DNA from: Patescibacteria group bacterium
GTDB lineage: Archaea > Thermoproteota > Bathyarchaeia > TCS64
Direction of reading: 5' to 3'
Length of the DNA: 32,235 bases
NCBI GenBank assembly: GCA_035527235.1
Contig: DATLAV010000219.1
Coordinates: forward strand, 1 to 32,235
In this document: positions 16,581 through 26,094 of the stretch, piece after piece
Numbering within the stretch: position 1 is the stretch's first letter
Layout: every line of letters starts with the position of its first letter
The notes under the pieces: generated by a model
Databases searched by the model: none
What the model was told of the DNA's origin: nothing
The model's input: the letters and a program-made list of their open reading frames with translations, nothing else
Translations under genes and position numbers: made by a program

Positions 16581-17849
16581 ATGTCCAACTACTCCAAGGT
16601 ATTCAGGGACGTCATCTATAACAGGAATGTCATCACAATTGCGATCACCACTTCACTCATCAGCCTCTCGGGTCAGGCGTACCGCCCATACTGGGGCGCC
16701 TACCTGAAGGACATCCTCTTCGCAGACACCGTCGCTATAGGGCTCCTCTCCGCCATCGCATCCTCTGAGAGGCTACTATTCCAGCTCCCTGGGGGCATCC
16801 TTGCCGACAGGTTCGGCAGACGGAAGATCATAGTCTACGGCACCGCCCTCAGGATGCTCCCCCCCATCATCTACCTCTTAGCGACGCACTGGACCCACAC
16901 CATTCCGGCCCTGCTGGTCAGCGGAGCCGCCAGCATCTACATGCCGGCCTTCAACGCCATCATCGCGGACTCCCTGCCCACCAAGCAGAGGGGCGCTGGC
17001 TACGGAGCCTACCGAATGATCACGTCGACTCCCCAGTTCGTCTCCCCCATCATCGGGGGGGTCGTCATGGACTGGCTGGGATACCAGCAGGGTGTGCAGG
17101 TGTTCATGGTCACGGACTTCTTCATCAGCGCCTTCGTCACCTACTACCGGTGGAAGTTCCTCAAGGAGACCCTGGACATCGAGGACCGCCCAGGCTCAGG
17201 CGGCAGGCCACAGATGGGGATACGGGACAGCCTCACCACTGTCTTCAGGATGAGTAAGAGCGTCAAGGTGATGGTCCTGGTCACCCTCTTCAGCAGCATA
17301 GGGATGAGGATGGTCTTCGACTTCCTCAGCCTCTACGCATTGAAGCAGCTCAACTTCACCAACACCCAGCTGGGCCTCGTGACCACCGTGGGAGGCCTCA
17401 TCTCCATAGTACTCTCCATGCCCGCGGGGATGCTCTCCGACAGGTTCGGACGCAAGCCTATGATCCTCATCTCCCGGACGGTCAGCCCCCTCTCATACCT
17501 CGGGGTCACCCAGGTCACCACGTATCCCCAGTACTTCGCCGTCCAGTTCATCAACAACATCGGCAACGCCATGGGGGGCGGAGGCATGTTCGCCGGAGGC
17601 CCCGCCTGGAACGCCCTACTCTCCGAGCTCGTGCCCAAGGAACAACTCGCCACCGTCATGGGCAGCATAGGTACACTCTCAGGGATCATGGCGATACCCT
17701 CACCCATCATCGGGGGATGGCTCTGGGATGAGTACGACCCCAGGATGCCCTTCTATGTCTCAGTGGTGTTCGGACTCATCGGGGCAGCGATCTTCGCGCT
17801 GGGAGTCAAGGAACCCGATAGATCCGAACATGAGACTCCGACCGAATAG
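16581..17849 (+). CDS. MFS transporter (paralog 1)
   Basis: The 422-aa protein has about 12 TM segments. The MFS loop motif GGILADRFGRRK appears, and again as GMLSDRFGRKP in the second half. Confidence 0.85.
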   Translation: MSNYSKVFRDVIYNRNVITIAITTSLISLSGQAYRPYWGAYLKDILFADTVAIGLLSAIASSERLLFQLPGGILADRFGRRKIIVYGTALRMLPPIIYLLATHWTHTIPALLVSGAASIYMPAFNAIIADSLPTKQRGAGYGAYRMITSTPQFVSPIIGGVVMDWLGYQQGVQVFMVTDFFISAFVTYYRWKFLKETLDIEDRPGSGGRPQMGIRDSLTTVFRMSKSVKVMVLVTLFSSIGMRMVFDFLSLYALKQLNFTNTQLGLVTTVGGLISIVLSMPAGMLSDRFGRKPMILISRTVSPLSYLGVTQVTTYPQYFAVQFINNIGNAMGGGGMFAGGPAWNALLSELVPKEQLATVMGSIGTLSGIMAIPSPIIGGWLWDEYDPRMPFYVSVVFGLIGAAIFALGVKEPDRSEHETPTE

Positions 17850-17904
17850 AACCCCCATGACGCCCATTTAGAAAGGGTTAACAATACTCTCGGCTCTGAC
17901 TCAT

Positions 17905-19221
17905 ATGACCGGTATGAGCTTCCTGAGCAAGAGGAACCTCACCATCTTGCTGGCGTTAATAGTATTCGCGGCGATAATCGCAACTTCCCCCAGATCCGAT
18001 GTCAAAGACCAAGACGAGCCGGTACCCGAGGACGGGAGCGAGGTGAAGATCGGCGTCACCTACATGGTCCTCTCCGAGGACACCCAGATCTGGCCCCACC
18101 CCATCCCCGAGGAGGACGTCCTCACCCTCATCGAGATAACCGAGGCGGAGATAAACCACTACGCCGAGGAGCTGAACTCGTCCATGAGGTTCCAGCTCGT
18201 CCCCATGAGAATCACCTACTGGGAGGAGACCCCACCCGGGCTGACCGAGATCAGGGCGCTGCACGAACAGGGTGTCGACCTCGTCGTGGGCCACGACTTC
18301 TCCATGGCCATGAGGTACTCCTATGGGTACGCCCACGCAAACAGGACCCTCATGCTGAGCCCCACAGCCACGTATCTGGGGCCCGATCCCCTCGGGGAAT
18401 ACGTCTTCACCCTGAGGCCCGGGACCCACCCCACAGTGTTCGCCGAGATGCTGGCGGACCTCGGCTTCAGGAGGGCGGTCGTGTTCGGGACGGGGCTTAG
18501 CCTCTGGACGCCGTACTTGGACTCGGTGAGCGAGAAACTTGAATACGACGTACGTGAGACATCCATAGTCTACGACATGAACGCCCCCGACACCTATAGA
18601 TTCCACCTCGGGCAGGCAGCCGAGAAGGTCAGGGAGCTGCTGGAGTACCACGCCCCCGAGGAGGTATGCCTACTCTTTGACACTATGATAGACATCGAGG
18701 AGATGCCGAACATGCTGGATGTGGCCTGCGAGTTCCCTGAGCTCTCCAAGATCCGCTGGTTTGACGTCATAGGCTGCTCGGAGGAGTTCATCGTGGAGAG
18801 GGGACTGGACGGCCTCTTCGCGGAGCACGGGCTTACCCAGATGATCGGGTCGACCTCCAACGGCACGGAGGCCCACCGTTTCACCGAGAGGTACAAGGAG
18901 AACGTGGGCTCCCTCCCCACACCGAGCAGGATCTACGACCAGGCCGCAAGGTACGACGCCATCTGGATCATGGCGAAGGCGGTCCTAGAATGCGGGACCG
19001 ACGACTCCACGGCGGTCAGTGAGAGGCTCCCCGAGGTTTCGGAGGACTACATGGGTGCCATCGGCTCATGCCGCATAGAGGACGGAGCACGCGCAACGGC
19101 AGACTACCGCGTCTACGAGTGGCGCCTCACAGGGGACGACGCCGCGTTCGTCGAGATAGGATACTACGACTCCTCGTCGTTAACCTTCCACTGGTATGAT
19201 ACTGAGAACCAGATAGGTTGA
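17905..19221 (+). CDS. Membrane-anchored type-I periplasmic-binding-protein-like substrate-binding protein (LivJ/Peripla_BP_6-like)
   Basis: The 438-aa product has the N-terminal TM LTILLALIVFAAIIATS followed by an acidic linker. After that come VKIGVTY..., ...GVDLVVGHDFSMAM..., ...YVFTLRPG..., ...RRAVVFG... and ...YDQAARYDAIWIMAKAV..., with the spacing typical of the Leu/Ile/Val-binding fold. The family assignment is by eye only. Confidence 0.55.
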   Translation: MTGMSFLSKRNLTILLALIVFAAIIATSPRSDVKDQDEPVPEDGSEVKIGVTYMVLSEDTQIWPHPIPEEDVLTLIEITEAEINHYAEELNSSMRFQLVPMRITYWEETPPGLTEIRALHEQGVDLVVGHDFSMAMRYSYGYAHANRTLMLSPTATYLGPDPLGEYVFTLRPGTHPTVFAEMLADLGFRRAVVFGTGLSLWTPYLDSVSEKLEYDVRETSIVYDMNAPDTYRFHLGQAAEKVRELLEYHAPEEVCLLFDTMIDIEEMPNMLDVACEFPELSKIRWFDVIGCSEEFIVERGLDGLFAEHGLTQMIGSTSNGTEAHRFTERYKENVGSLPTPSRIYDQAARYDAIWIMAKAVLECGTDDSTAVSERLPEVSEDYMGAIGSCRIEDGARATADYRVYEWRLTGDDAAFVEIGYYDSSSLTFHWYDTENQIG

Positions 19222-19280
19222 GACGCACGCAGAGACTCACAGTAAAGATAATTTACCATATCATGCGATATTGATTATCT

Positions 19281-19835
19281 ATGAAAGGGTCCCCCTTTCC
19301 AATCCTCGAGACTGACAGGCTGCGCTTACGCAGCCCGAAGGACGAAGACATCCCCCACCTCCTCAAGATCAGCCAGGACGAAGACGTGATGATCTACTAC
19401 GGCGTGGAGCCATACAAGTCGGAGGAAGAGGCTGAGAAGGAGGTGGACTGGATGCTGGGTATCTATAGGGAGAAAAAGGGCATCCGCTGGGTGATCACCC
19501 TGAAGGAATCTGACGAGTACGTCGGCGACGTCGGAGTCGACAAGCTGGACATGAAGCACAGGAAGGGAGAGCTTGGCTTCAAACTCGTCAAGAAGCACTG
19601 GCGCAGAGGGGTCATGACGGAGGCGCTGACCAGAGCCCTCGACCATGTCTATGATGAGATGGGGCTGAACAGGGTAGAGGCCCTGGTGGATCCCCGCAAC
19701 GACGCCTCCTGGGCACTTCTCAGAAAGATCGGCTTCAAGGAGGAGGGAGTCCTGAGAGAATACGAGTTTGAAAAGGGAGAGTACATTGACCTGATCATGA
19801 CTTCCCTGCTGAGAAGGGAGTGGAAGCACCCCTAA
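19281..19835 (+). CDS. GNAT family N-acetyltransferase (RimJ/RimL-like)
   Basis: The 184-aa product reads ILETDRLRLRSPKDEDIPHL...WVITLKESDEYVGDVGV...GELGFKLVKKHWRRGVMTEALTRALDHVYDEMGLNRVEALVDPRNDASWALLRKIGFKEEG. Confidence 0.85.
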   Translation: MKGSPFPILETDRLRLRSPKDEDIPHLLKISQDEDVMIYYGVEPYKSEEEAEKEVDWMLGIYREKKGIRWVITLKESDEYVGDVGVDKLDMKHRKGELGFKLVKKHWRRGVMTEALTRALDHVYDEMGLNRVEALVDPRNDASWALLRKIGFKEEGVLREYEFEKGEYIDLIMTSLLRREWKHP

Positions 19836-19873
19836 AATCAGCTTGACAAAGTCACAGCCACAGAAGAGAACAC

Positions 19874-19881
19874 GTATAATG
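19874..19881 (+). promoter_or_regulatory. TATA box candidate for the DinB-family gene
   Basis: GTATAATG is centred about 28 nt upstream of ATG 19905, the spacing expected for a leaderless mRNA. Confidence 0.3.
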
Positions 19882-19904
19882 CTTTAACGCCCCTTTAATC
19901 CACC

Positions 19905-20360
19905 ATGAACGCACAGGCCCAGTTGCTGAAGCAGCACTCGGACTACATCTTCGAGCGTATAGAGGGCACGGTCAAGGACCTGTCAGAGGAAGAAGCAACC
20001 TGGAAGCCATGCCCGGGCTCCAACGACATCAGGTGGATACTCACCCACATGGCGAGAATCGGAGGCATCCTCATCCCCCAGGTCCTCCATGGTACGGTGA
20101 AGCCGGGTGGATGGGACAACGACTACGAGGAACAGCCCCACGCCCTGAATGAGCTGATCGACGACTTGAGGAGCGCACACGAGGCCATCAGCGGAGGCCT
20201 CGACGAGACGAGCGACTCCGAGCTCGGTAAGACCCTCCCCCTCTGGGAGAGGGAGACCGACGGGAAGAGCCTGCTGTTCCACCTTCTGGCAGAGCTGATC
20301 CACCACAACGGGCAGATCGCCATGCTGAGGGGCATCTACAAGAGACGCATGGAGCAGTGA
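19905..20360 (+). CDS. DinB-family (DinB_2-like) metal-binding protein
   Basis: The 151-aa product has the four-helix-bundle His pattern: WILTHMARIGG ... LLAELIHHNGQIAMLRG. Confidence 0.8.
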   Translation: MNAQAQLLKQHSDYIFERIEGTVKDLSEEEATWKPCPGSNDIRWILTHMARIGGILIPQVLHGTVKPGGWDNDYEEQPHALNELIDDLRSAHEAISGGLDETSDSELGKTLPLWERETDGKSLLFHLLAELIHHNGQIAMLRGIYKRRMEQ

Positions 20361-20449
20361 AACAAGGGGTGAGAGGCTCTCCTTCCACTTCAGGTGGCAT
20401 GTAAAAGGCACCAACGGAGCTGTGATCGTTCGCTGCCAGAGTTTACTCG

Positions 20450-20615
20450 ATGAGCGCCTACACAGGTAACTTCTTTAATAAACGGCGTCAACGAAGGCCC
20501 GACACTGACCGTCCTCAGCGGGGTCCACGCGGTGGAGTGCGCCCCCATCGAAGCGGTCTACCGCTTGGCGGAGACCGTCGAACCCGAACAGATGTCGAGA
20601 ACGCTGATCCACATT
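20450..20615 (+). pseudogene. 5' remnant of a succinylglutamate desuccinylase/aspartoacylase (AstE/AspA, M14-like) gene
   Basis: Frame 0 reads ...INGVNEGPTLTVLSGVHAVECAPIEAVYRLAETVEPEQMSRTLIHI. This matches the family opening G..eGPtl.i.aGvHG.E..g.ea...l...l.pe.l.G.l.i.P. The only ATG (20450, MSAYTGNFFNK) is in a different frame. Similarity ends exactly at the stop codon of the convergent GH1 gene (20614-20616). Confidence 0.45.
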
Positions 20616-22086
20616 AAAGAAGAGAGTTCTTGCTTGCTATCTCCCTGTACGCCTCAACAGATTTCTTGGGGATCCTCCGCTTAGTATCGCGGTCCACGTT
20701 GAACAGTCCAAACCTCGGACGATAGCCGTCACTCCACTCAAAGTTGTCCATGAGTGACCAGTAGTAGTATCCCATCACGGGCACCCCGTCCACCTCTATG
20801 GCCCTGTGGACCTGCTCGACGTGGGAACGCAGATACCTCACCCGCTTCTCATCCTTCGCGTCCGCTATCCCGTTCTCCGTCACGAAGATGGGCCGCCTGT
20901 ACCGACCGTACGCCCATGCCAGCACCTCTCTCAGCCCCTCGGGGTGGATCTCCCAGCCGTACTCTGAGCAGTTCCCTGTGCATGGCTCGAACCCGTAGCT
21001 CAGCAGCGGGTGGCCGCCCTCCTTGTGCTTCACCCTCCAGAGGGAGTAGTAGTTGACACCGAGGAAGTCGCAGCCCTTCACCAGGTGCAGTAGCTGCTCC
21101 CCGGGTTCCACCACCATGTCGGCATCCATGTCGTAGTCGCCGTGGAAGACCGCGTTAAGGCCCCATTCGTTGAACATGTACTCGACGTAGCGGCTCATCC
21201 GGACGTCATCCGGGTTACCCGGGTCGGCGGGCACGTAGCTCTGGAGGACGCTCACGAGCCCGACGTACGACGGACCGTAGGCAGAGGCCTTGACCTTATC
21301 CCATCTCTTCACCTGCTCGTAGGCCATGCCGTGGGCCATGGACACGTTCTTCAGGCACCTTAGGAAGAGCTCTGGGTCGTTGAGCCCGGGGGGGAACTCC
21401 CCCCTCTCCGTCAGATAGCCGTGCTCCGCTACGATACGGGGCTCGTTCACTGTACCGTAGACGTCGACCAGGTCCCCCAGCCTGTGCGCCACGTATGCGG
21501 AGAACTTGCCGAACTCAACCAGGGTCCCCTGGCTCAGCCAACCGTTCGCTTTACAGTTCCCCTTGGTGTCCCTGGACTCTACTGGGTCGTGTAGCCACAG
21601 CGGGATTGGCCAGTGATAGAGGGTGAGCATCGGGGTCAACCCATGGCGAATCGCTGATGAGAGAATCTCGCGGTATCTGGTCAAGGCGTCAACGTCTGCG
21701 AGCCTCTCAAGGGCATCCATATTTGAGTTGTCGATGTCCAGCTGGCAGACGTTGTCAAACTTGTCCCGCTTCACGTTGACCTCGACATCCGACGTGGGCT
21801 CGGGGAAGATCCTCCCCCAGTCAATGGAAAGCCTCACGGAGTTGCCGCCCAGCTGGGAGCGACACATCTCAAGGTCATCGTCGTAGAGCTCCCAGAACCC
21901 CGGACCGTCCACGGGGGAATCACCGCTCACCCGCCCCACCTTAATGTTCTCAGGGTCGTGGACCCAAGCCCACCAGTCGGTGCCCTTCGATGGCTCACCG
22001 CGCCCCATCTCGGCTTGGAAGGAGGAGATCGCCGTGCCCCACAGGAAGCCCTCGGGAAAAACCCGCTCCATTCTATTCCATCCCAT
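20614..22086 (-). CDS. Glycoside hydrolase family 1 beta-glycosidase
   Basis: The 490-aa product reads FPEGFLWGTAISSFQAEMG. It has the acid/base motif TVNEPRIVA and the nucleophile motif IFVTENGIAD, followed by YYYWSLMDNFEWSDGY. The real start may be the second ATG (22071, MERVFPEGF...). Confidence 0.9.
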   Translation of the reverse strand: MGWNRMERVFPEGFLWGTAISSFQAEMGRGEPSKGTDWWAWVHDPENIKVGRVSGDSPVDGPGFWELYDDDLEMCRSQLGGNSVRLSIDWGRIFPEPTSDVEVNVKRDKFDNVCQLDIDNSNMDALERLADVDALTRYREILSSAIRHGLTPMLTLYHWPIPLWLHDPVESRDTKGNCKANGWLSQGTLVEFGKFSAYVAHRLGDLVDVYGTVNEPRIVAEHGYLTERGEFPPGLNDPELFLRCLKNVSMAHGMAYEQVKRWDKVKASAYGPSYVGLVSVLQSYVPADPGNPDDVRMSRYVEYMFNEWGLNAVFHGDYDMDADMVVEPGEQLLHLVKGCDFLGVNYYSLWRVKHKEGGHPLLSYGFEPCTGNCSEYGWEIHPEGLREVLAWAYGRYRRPIFVTENGIADAKDEKRVRYLRSHVEQVHRAIEVDGVPVMGYYYWSLMDNFEWSDGYRPRFGLFNVDRDTKRRIPKKSVEAYREIASKNSLL

Positions 22087-22588
22087 AGAATAGTAACGAG
22101 GGATAATATTATCTATACAAATTGGTGGATGGCCTACCTGAAGCCCTTTAGGTAGCGCCCCTTGGCCCTGAACAGCTCCTCCACCATCTTACAGGGTCTC
22201 ATCTATGCTCAGTATGGTGCTCGTGAGGGGATCACTCTTCTCGGGGAAGAGGATGAGGGAGTTTACTTCGCGCGCATGAGGGATGAATGGTGTTGGTGCG
22301 CGCCGTCGAAGAGAGCTATATCGATGAATATCCAGCTCAGTCGCGAGGACCTGGGATATCCGGCGCGCACGTGTTCAACTTTGTTTCATAATCATATTAA
22401 TACAGACGAAACAATGTTCAGTAACTTCGTGAACGATGCCCCATCCTCGATTTTAGGATGTCGTCGAAGCTGCATTTTACAGCCCCCTCGCATTTGGACA
22501 AGTGAATGATTGCCCCTTCTCATGATGAGGTGGTCTTATTCACCACAGAGTTTATCTACGGAGAGGTTGGCTATTTGAGATTTAATAA

Positions 22589-23863
22589 ATGTCCAATAAT
22601 TACGTCAGGGTCTTCAAGAACGTCATCTCGAACAGGAACATCGTCACCATCGCCTTCACCACCTCCCTCATCTCCCTCTCGAGCCAGGCCTACCGTCCAT
22701 ACTGGAGCGCCTACCTCAAGGACGTCCTGCTTGCCAATACAGTAGTGATCGGCCTCCTATCCTCGATCTCGTCCTCCGAGAACCTGCTCTTCCAGCTGCC
22801 AGGGGGGATACTTGCCGATAGATACGGCAGAAGAAAGATCATTGTATATGGAACAGCCCTCAGAATACTTCCTCCAATCATCTACCTTCTGGCCACCCAT
22901 TGGACCCATATAATACCCGCTCTCCTTATTGCGGGAACCCAGAGCATCTACATGCCCGCCTTCAACGCAATCATCGCCGACTCCCTGCCCGAGGACGAGC
23001 GTGGGGCCGGGTACGGGGCGTACAGGATGATCACCTCGATGCCCCAGTTCATCTCGCCCCTCATGGGCGGATTGGTTATGGACTGGCTGGGCTATCAGCA
23101 GGGCATCAAGATCTTCATGATGTTTGACTGCTTAATCTCCGTGTTCGTCACATACTCCCGATGGAAGATGCTCAAAGAGACCATCGAATTTGACGATGGG
23201 CCTGGTGCCAGCGGTAGGCCTCGAGTGAGCATAAAGGACAGCATCAAGACCGTCTTCCAGTTGGGCAGCACCGTGAAGGTGTTGGTGCTCGTCACGTTCC
23301 TGAGCAGCATAGGGACGAGGATGGTCAACGACTTCCTGAGCCTCTACGCCCTCAAGGTGCTCAACTTCAGCAACACGCAGCTGGGGCTCGTTACCACCGC
23401 GGGAGGCCTCATCTCCATCTTGCTCTCAATGCCCGCCGGAATGCTCTCGGACAGGTTTGGGCGCAAACCCATGATACTCATCTCAAGGACCGTCAGCCCC
23501 CTCGCATCCTTCGGCGTGACCCAGGTCACCAGCTTCAGCCATTACTTCGCCATCCAGTTCGTGAACAGCATCGGCAACGCGATGGGCGGCGGAGGGATGT
23601 TCGCCGGCGGTCCGGCTTGGAACGCTCTCGTCTCAGAGCTGGTTCCCAAGGAGAAGCTTGCCACGGTCATGGGGTCCATCGGCACCATCTCCGGTCTAAT
23701 ATCGGTCCCGTCACCAATCATCGGTGGCTGGCTGTGGGATGAGTACAGTCCAAAGATACCGTTCTACGCCTCGATGGTGTTCGGATTGCTGGGTGCCGCC
23801 GTGTTCGCATTGGGAGTGAAGGAACCAGAAAGACGAAAACCGGTGCAGACAGTAACTCATTAA
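22589..23863 (+). CDS. MFS transporter (paralog 2)
   Basis: The 424-aa protein is collinear with 16581..17849 over its whole length. Roughly three quarters of residues are identical by eye, for example GGILADRYGRRKIIVYGTALRILPPIIYLLATHWTH. Confidence 0.85.
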   Translation: MSNNYVRVFKNVISNRNIVTIAFTTSLISLSSQAYRPYWSAYLKDVLLANTVVIGLLSSISSSENLLFQLPGGILADRYGRRKIIVYGTALRILPPIIYLLATHWTHIIPALLIAGTQSIYMPAFNAIIADSLPEDERGAGYGAYRMITSMPQFISPLMGGLVMDWLGYQQGIKIFMMFDCLISVFVTYSRWKMLKETIEFDDGPGASGRPRVSIKDSIKTVFQLGSTVKVLVLVTFLSSIGTRMVNDFLSLYALKVLNFSNTQLGLVTTAGGLISILLSMPAGMLSDRFGRKPMILISRTVSPLASFGVTQVTSFSHYFAIQFVNSIGNAMGGGGMFAGGPAWNALVSELVPKEKLATVMGSIGTISGLISVPSPIIGGWLWDEYSPKIPFYASMVFGLLGAAVFALGVKEPERRKPVQTVTH

Positions 23864-23864
23864 C

Positions 23865-23871
23865 TTTTTTT
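23865..23871 (+). terminator. Oligo-T tract directly after the MFS-2 stop
   Basis: The sequence is TAA C TTTTTTT. A T7 run begins 2 nt after the stop. Confidence 0.4.
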
Positions 23872-23957
23872 CTACTCATATGCACGCATGAAAAACCATC
23901 TAAAACCAGTTGAGATAAGAAAAGCGTAACTTAATAGAAAAGCCACCCTTTTAGTAT

Positions 23958-24812
23958 ATGATGGAACGAAGAGTTCTAGGGAGGACCAATCACAGGAGCT
24001 CGATAGTCACCCTCGGGGGAGCCGTGTTCATCTACCCGGTAGAAAAGGCTGGAGACGACTTCGTCAAGTATGCCTTGGATCGGGGAGTCAACCATATAGA
24101 CGTAGCCCCCACCTACGGCGACGCTGAGGTGAGGCTCGGGAAATGGGTTAGGGAGTATCGGGATGACATCTTCCTGGCATGCAAGACAGTGAAACGGACG
24201 AAGGAGGAGGCCTCCGAGGAGCTAGGTAGGAGCTTGGAGCACCTGCAGACAGACCACCTTGATCTCTACCAATTCCACGGGCTGGACAGTCAGGGAGATC
24301 TAAGGACCGTGGTGGGAGAGGGCGGGGCTCTCGAAGCGTTCAAAGAGGCGAAAGAGGAGGGGCTGATTAACCACATAGGGATCACGAGTCACAACCCTGA
24401 GAACATCATGAGGGCCCTCGAATACCATGACTTCGATACGGTCCTCCTCCCCGTCAACTACGTGCTACGTGCCCACCCGGAGCCTGGGAACGACTACTTC
24501 TCCGTTCTGGAGAAGGCGATGGAGCGGAACATAGGTGTCATTGCGATGAAAGCCGTCGCCAAGGGGCCCTACCCAACTGAGGAGAAGACTCGAAACACAT
24601 GGTACCTGCCCTTCACCACTCGGGAGGAGATCGATGAAGCCCTGCGGTTCACCCTATCTCAGGCCGTCACGACTGCAGCCACCTCGTCAGACCTGGAGAT
24701 AGCGAGGATGACGATAGACTTAGCCGAGAACTTCACGCCTCTTGAGATCGAGAAACAGCGAGCGCTTCTCCAGAAGGCAGCGGACTATTGGCCGCTCTTC
24801 CCTAGAAAGTAG
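23958..24812 (+). CDS. Aldo/keto reductase family oxidoreductase (second copy, distant paralog)
   Basis: The 284-aa product has NHIDVAPTYGDAEVRLG (D/Y), FLACKT (K) and DLYQFHGLD (H). Confidence 0.85.
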   Translation: MMERRVLGRTNHRSSIVTLGGAVFIYPVEKAGDDFVKYALDRGVNHIDVAPTYGDAEVRLGKWVREYRDDIFLACKTVKRTKEEASEELGRSLEHLQTDHLDLYQFHGLDSQGDLRTVVGEGGALEAFKEAKEEGLINHIGITSHNPENIMRALEYHDFDTVLLPVNYVLRAHPEPGNDYFSVLEKAMERNIGVIAMKAVAKGPYPTEEKTRNTWYLPFTTREEIDEALRFTLSQAVTTAATSSDLEIARMTIDLAENFTPLEIEKQRALLQKAADYWPLFPRK

Positions 24813-25147
24813 GAAGCTCAAGGAACAATGCATCAACTCTATCTTCAATGGAGCCCCTGAACTTTGAAGAGCACTCGATCCGTCCAACCTAAAATTTCAG
24901 AGTATCATCGATTTAATAGCACCATATTCCTGATATTACTCGCCTGAATTGGAGAACATTAGGGAGAAGGCCCTGAAGGCTTAAGAGGCCCTATTCAGCA
25001 ATCAGGTGCCCCCGATGACCGTGGACCAGTTCTTCGCGTTGATCCAGAACCTCACGCCCAGCCTCTCCAGGGCCTTGCTCTTATCTAAAGGTCAAGTGAC
25101 TCCCTTCTTGTCAGCATAACATATGCTGGTGAACCCAAAATAATATT

Positions 25148-25549
25148 ATGCTCCGGCCGAAGGTTGAAATGTGGATGAGAAACTTGGCCAAGATGTCCTC
25201 GGCCTGCGGGCTTGAGTGCGAGAGCTGCGAGATCCTCAACGTCCCCAACAACCCTGACGCTGCGAAGAGCACAGCCGAATGGTTCAGGGAGATGGGATGG
25301 CTCAAAGATGGAGAAGGGGTCGACGATGTCGTTGCCAAGGCCCCCTACTGCCTCGGATGCAAGGGCGATCGGAGCGTTCATTGGTCCGACAACTGCTGGA
25401 TCCTTAAGTGCTGCGTCAACGAGAGGCACCTCGACAACTGCGGCGAGTGCGACGAGTTCCCCTGTGAAAGGCTACAGGATTGGTCGAGAAAGAATGAAAG
25501 CTACTCCCAAGCCTTCAGTCGATTGAAACAGTCGAGAACTGAAGGGTAA
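25148..25549 (+). CDS. DUF3795-type Cys-rich protein
   Basis: The product reads ACGLECESCE...YCLGCKGDRSVHWSDNCWILKCCVNERHLDNCGECDEFPCERL. The likely true start is a downstream ATG (about 25193, MSSACGLEC...). Confidence 0.7.
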   Translation: MLRPKVEMWMRNLAKMSSACGLECESCEILNVPNNPDAAKSTAEWFREMGWLKDGEGVDDVVAKAPYCLGCKGDRSVHWSDNCWILKCCVNERHLDNCGECDEFPCERLQDWSRKNESYSQAFSRLKQSRTEG

Positions 25550-25567
25550 TTATCCTCGCTGGCTTGC

Positions 25568-26080
25568 CTATGCACGAATCATGAGCGCAAGGGCGATGTA
25601 GAGAACCGCCACGATCTGTAGTAACTGTATTGTGAAGGCAGGTGGCTCCAGCAGAGTCACGAGGATCACTGCATATAGAAGAGTGCCGATGTGCTTCCCC
25701 AACGGGTCGTATCCGAGAGCCCTACCCCCCCTGAGAAGGAAGAGGCTGAACGAGGTCAGCTCAGCGGCGAGTAGAAGCGGATGATATAGCCCCTGGACCA
25801 TGTAGACCGAGGAGATCGAGAAGAGCAACGTGAAATCCGCGACGACGTCGAGGTACCTGCCAATGTTCGAGGTGGCATGTAGCTTCCTCGCAAGGGCTCC
25901 GTCGAGGATGTCCGAGAGGGATAGGACGCAGTAGAACGGCAATATCATCGAGCCATCTCTGAGTATCTGCATCACCAGGACGGACGTCAACGAGAGCCTG
26001 AGGAGGCTGAGCCCATTGGGCAGCAGGATGACTCTATTGGTTATCCTCCTGACGTCCAGTTCCTCGCGTTTGACCCCCAT
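25568..26080 (-). CDS. CDP-alcohol phosphatidyltransferase family protein
   Basis: It has an exact D-x2-D-G-x2-A-R-x8-G-x3-D-x3-D motif: DILDGALARKLHATSNIGRYLDVVAD. The protein is multi-TM and 170 aa long. The gene starts 14 nt after the flavodoxin-like gene's stop, so an operon is likely. Confidence 0.8.
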   Translation of the reverse strand: MGVKREELDVRRITNRVILLPNGLSLLRLSLTSVLVMQILRDGSMILPFYCVLSLSDILDGALARKLHATSNIGRYLDVVADFTLLFSISSVYMVQGLYHPLLLAAELTSFSLFLLRGGRALGYDPLGKHIGTLLYAVILVTLLEPPAFTIQLLQIVAVLYIALALMIRA

Positions 26081-26094
26081 GACCCTCAGACCTA

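Noticed and set aside
17956-18651. 231-aa ORF on the minus strand
   Set aside because: It is antisense to the binding-protein gene. The composition is low-complexity and rich in Gly, Val, Pro and His. No TM segment or motif is present.
22162-22509. 115-aa plus-strand ORF
   Set aside because: It has no motif, no promoter or SD, and an odd composition (Cys/Trp pairs). It is treated as part of an unexplained segment rather than a gene.
1101-22528. C/D-box sRNA candidates at TGATGA sites in spacers (about 1101, 10928, 22522)
   Set aside because: None has a CTGA D box at the required distance or terminal complementary ends.
24813-25147. Possible gene fragments in the spacer after AKR-2 (for example ELENIREKALKA*EALFSNQVPPMTVDQFFALIQNL on plus; DKSKALERLGVRFWINAKNWSTVIGGT on minus)
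   Set aside because: The peptides are protein-like but short, interrupted, and not assignable to any family by eye. I cannot decide which strand, if any, was coding.
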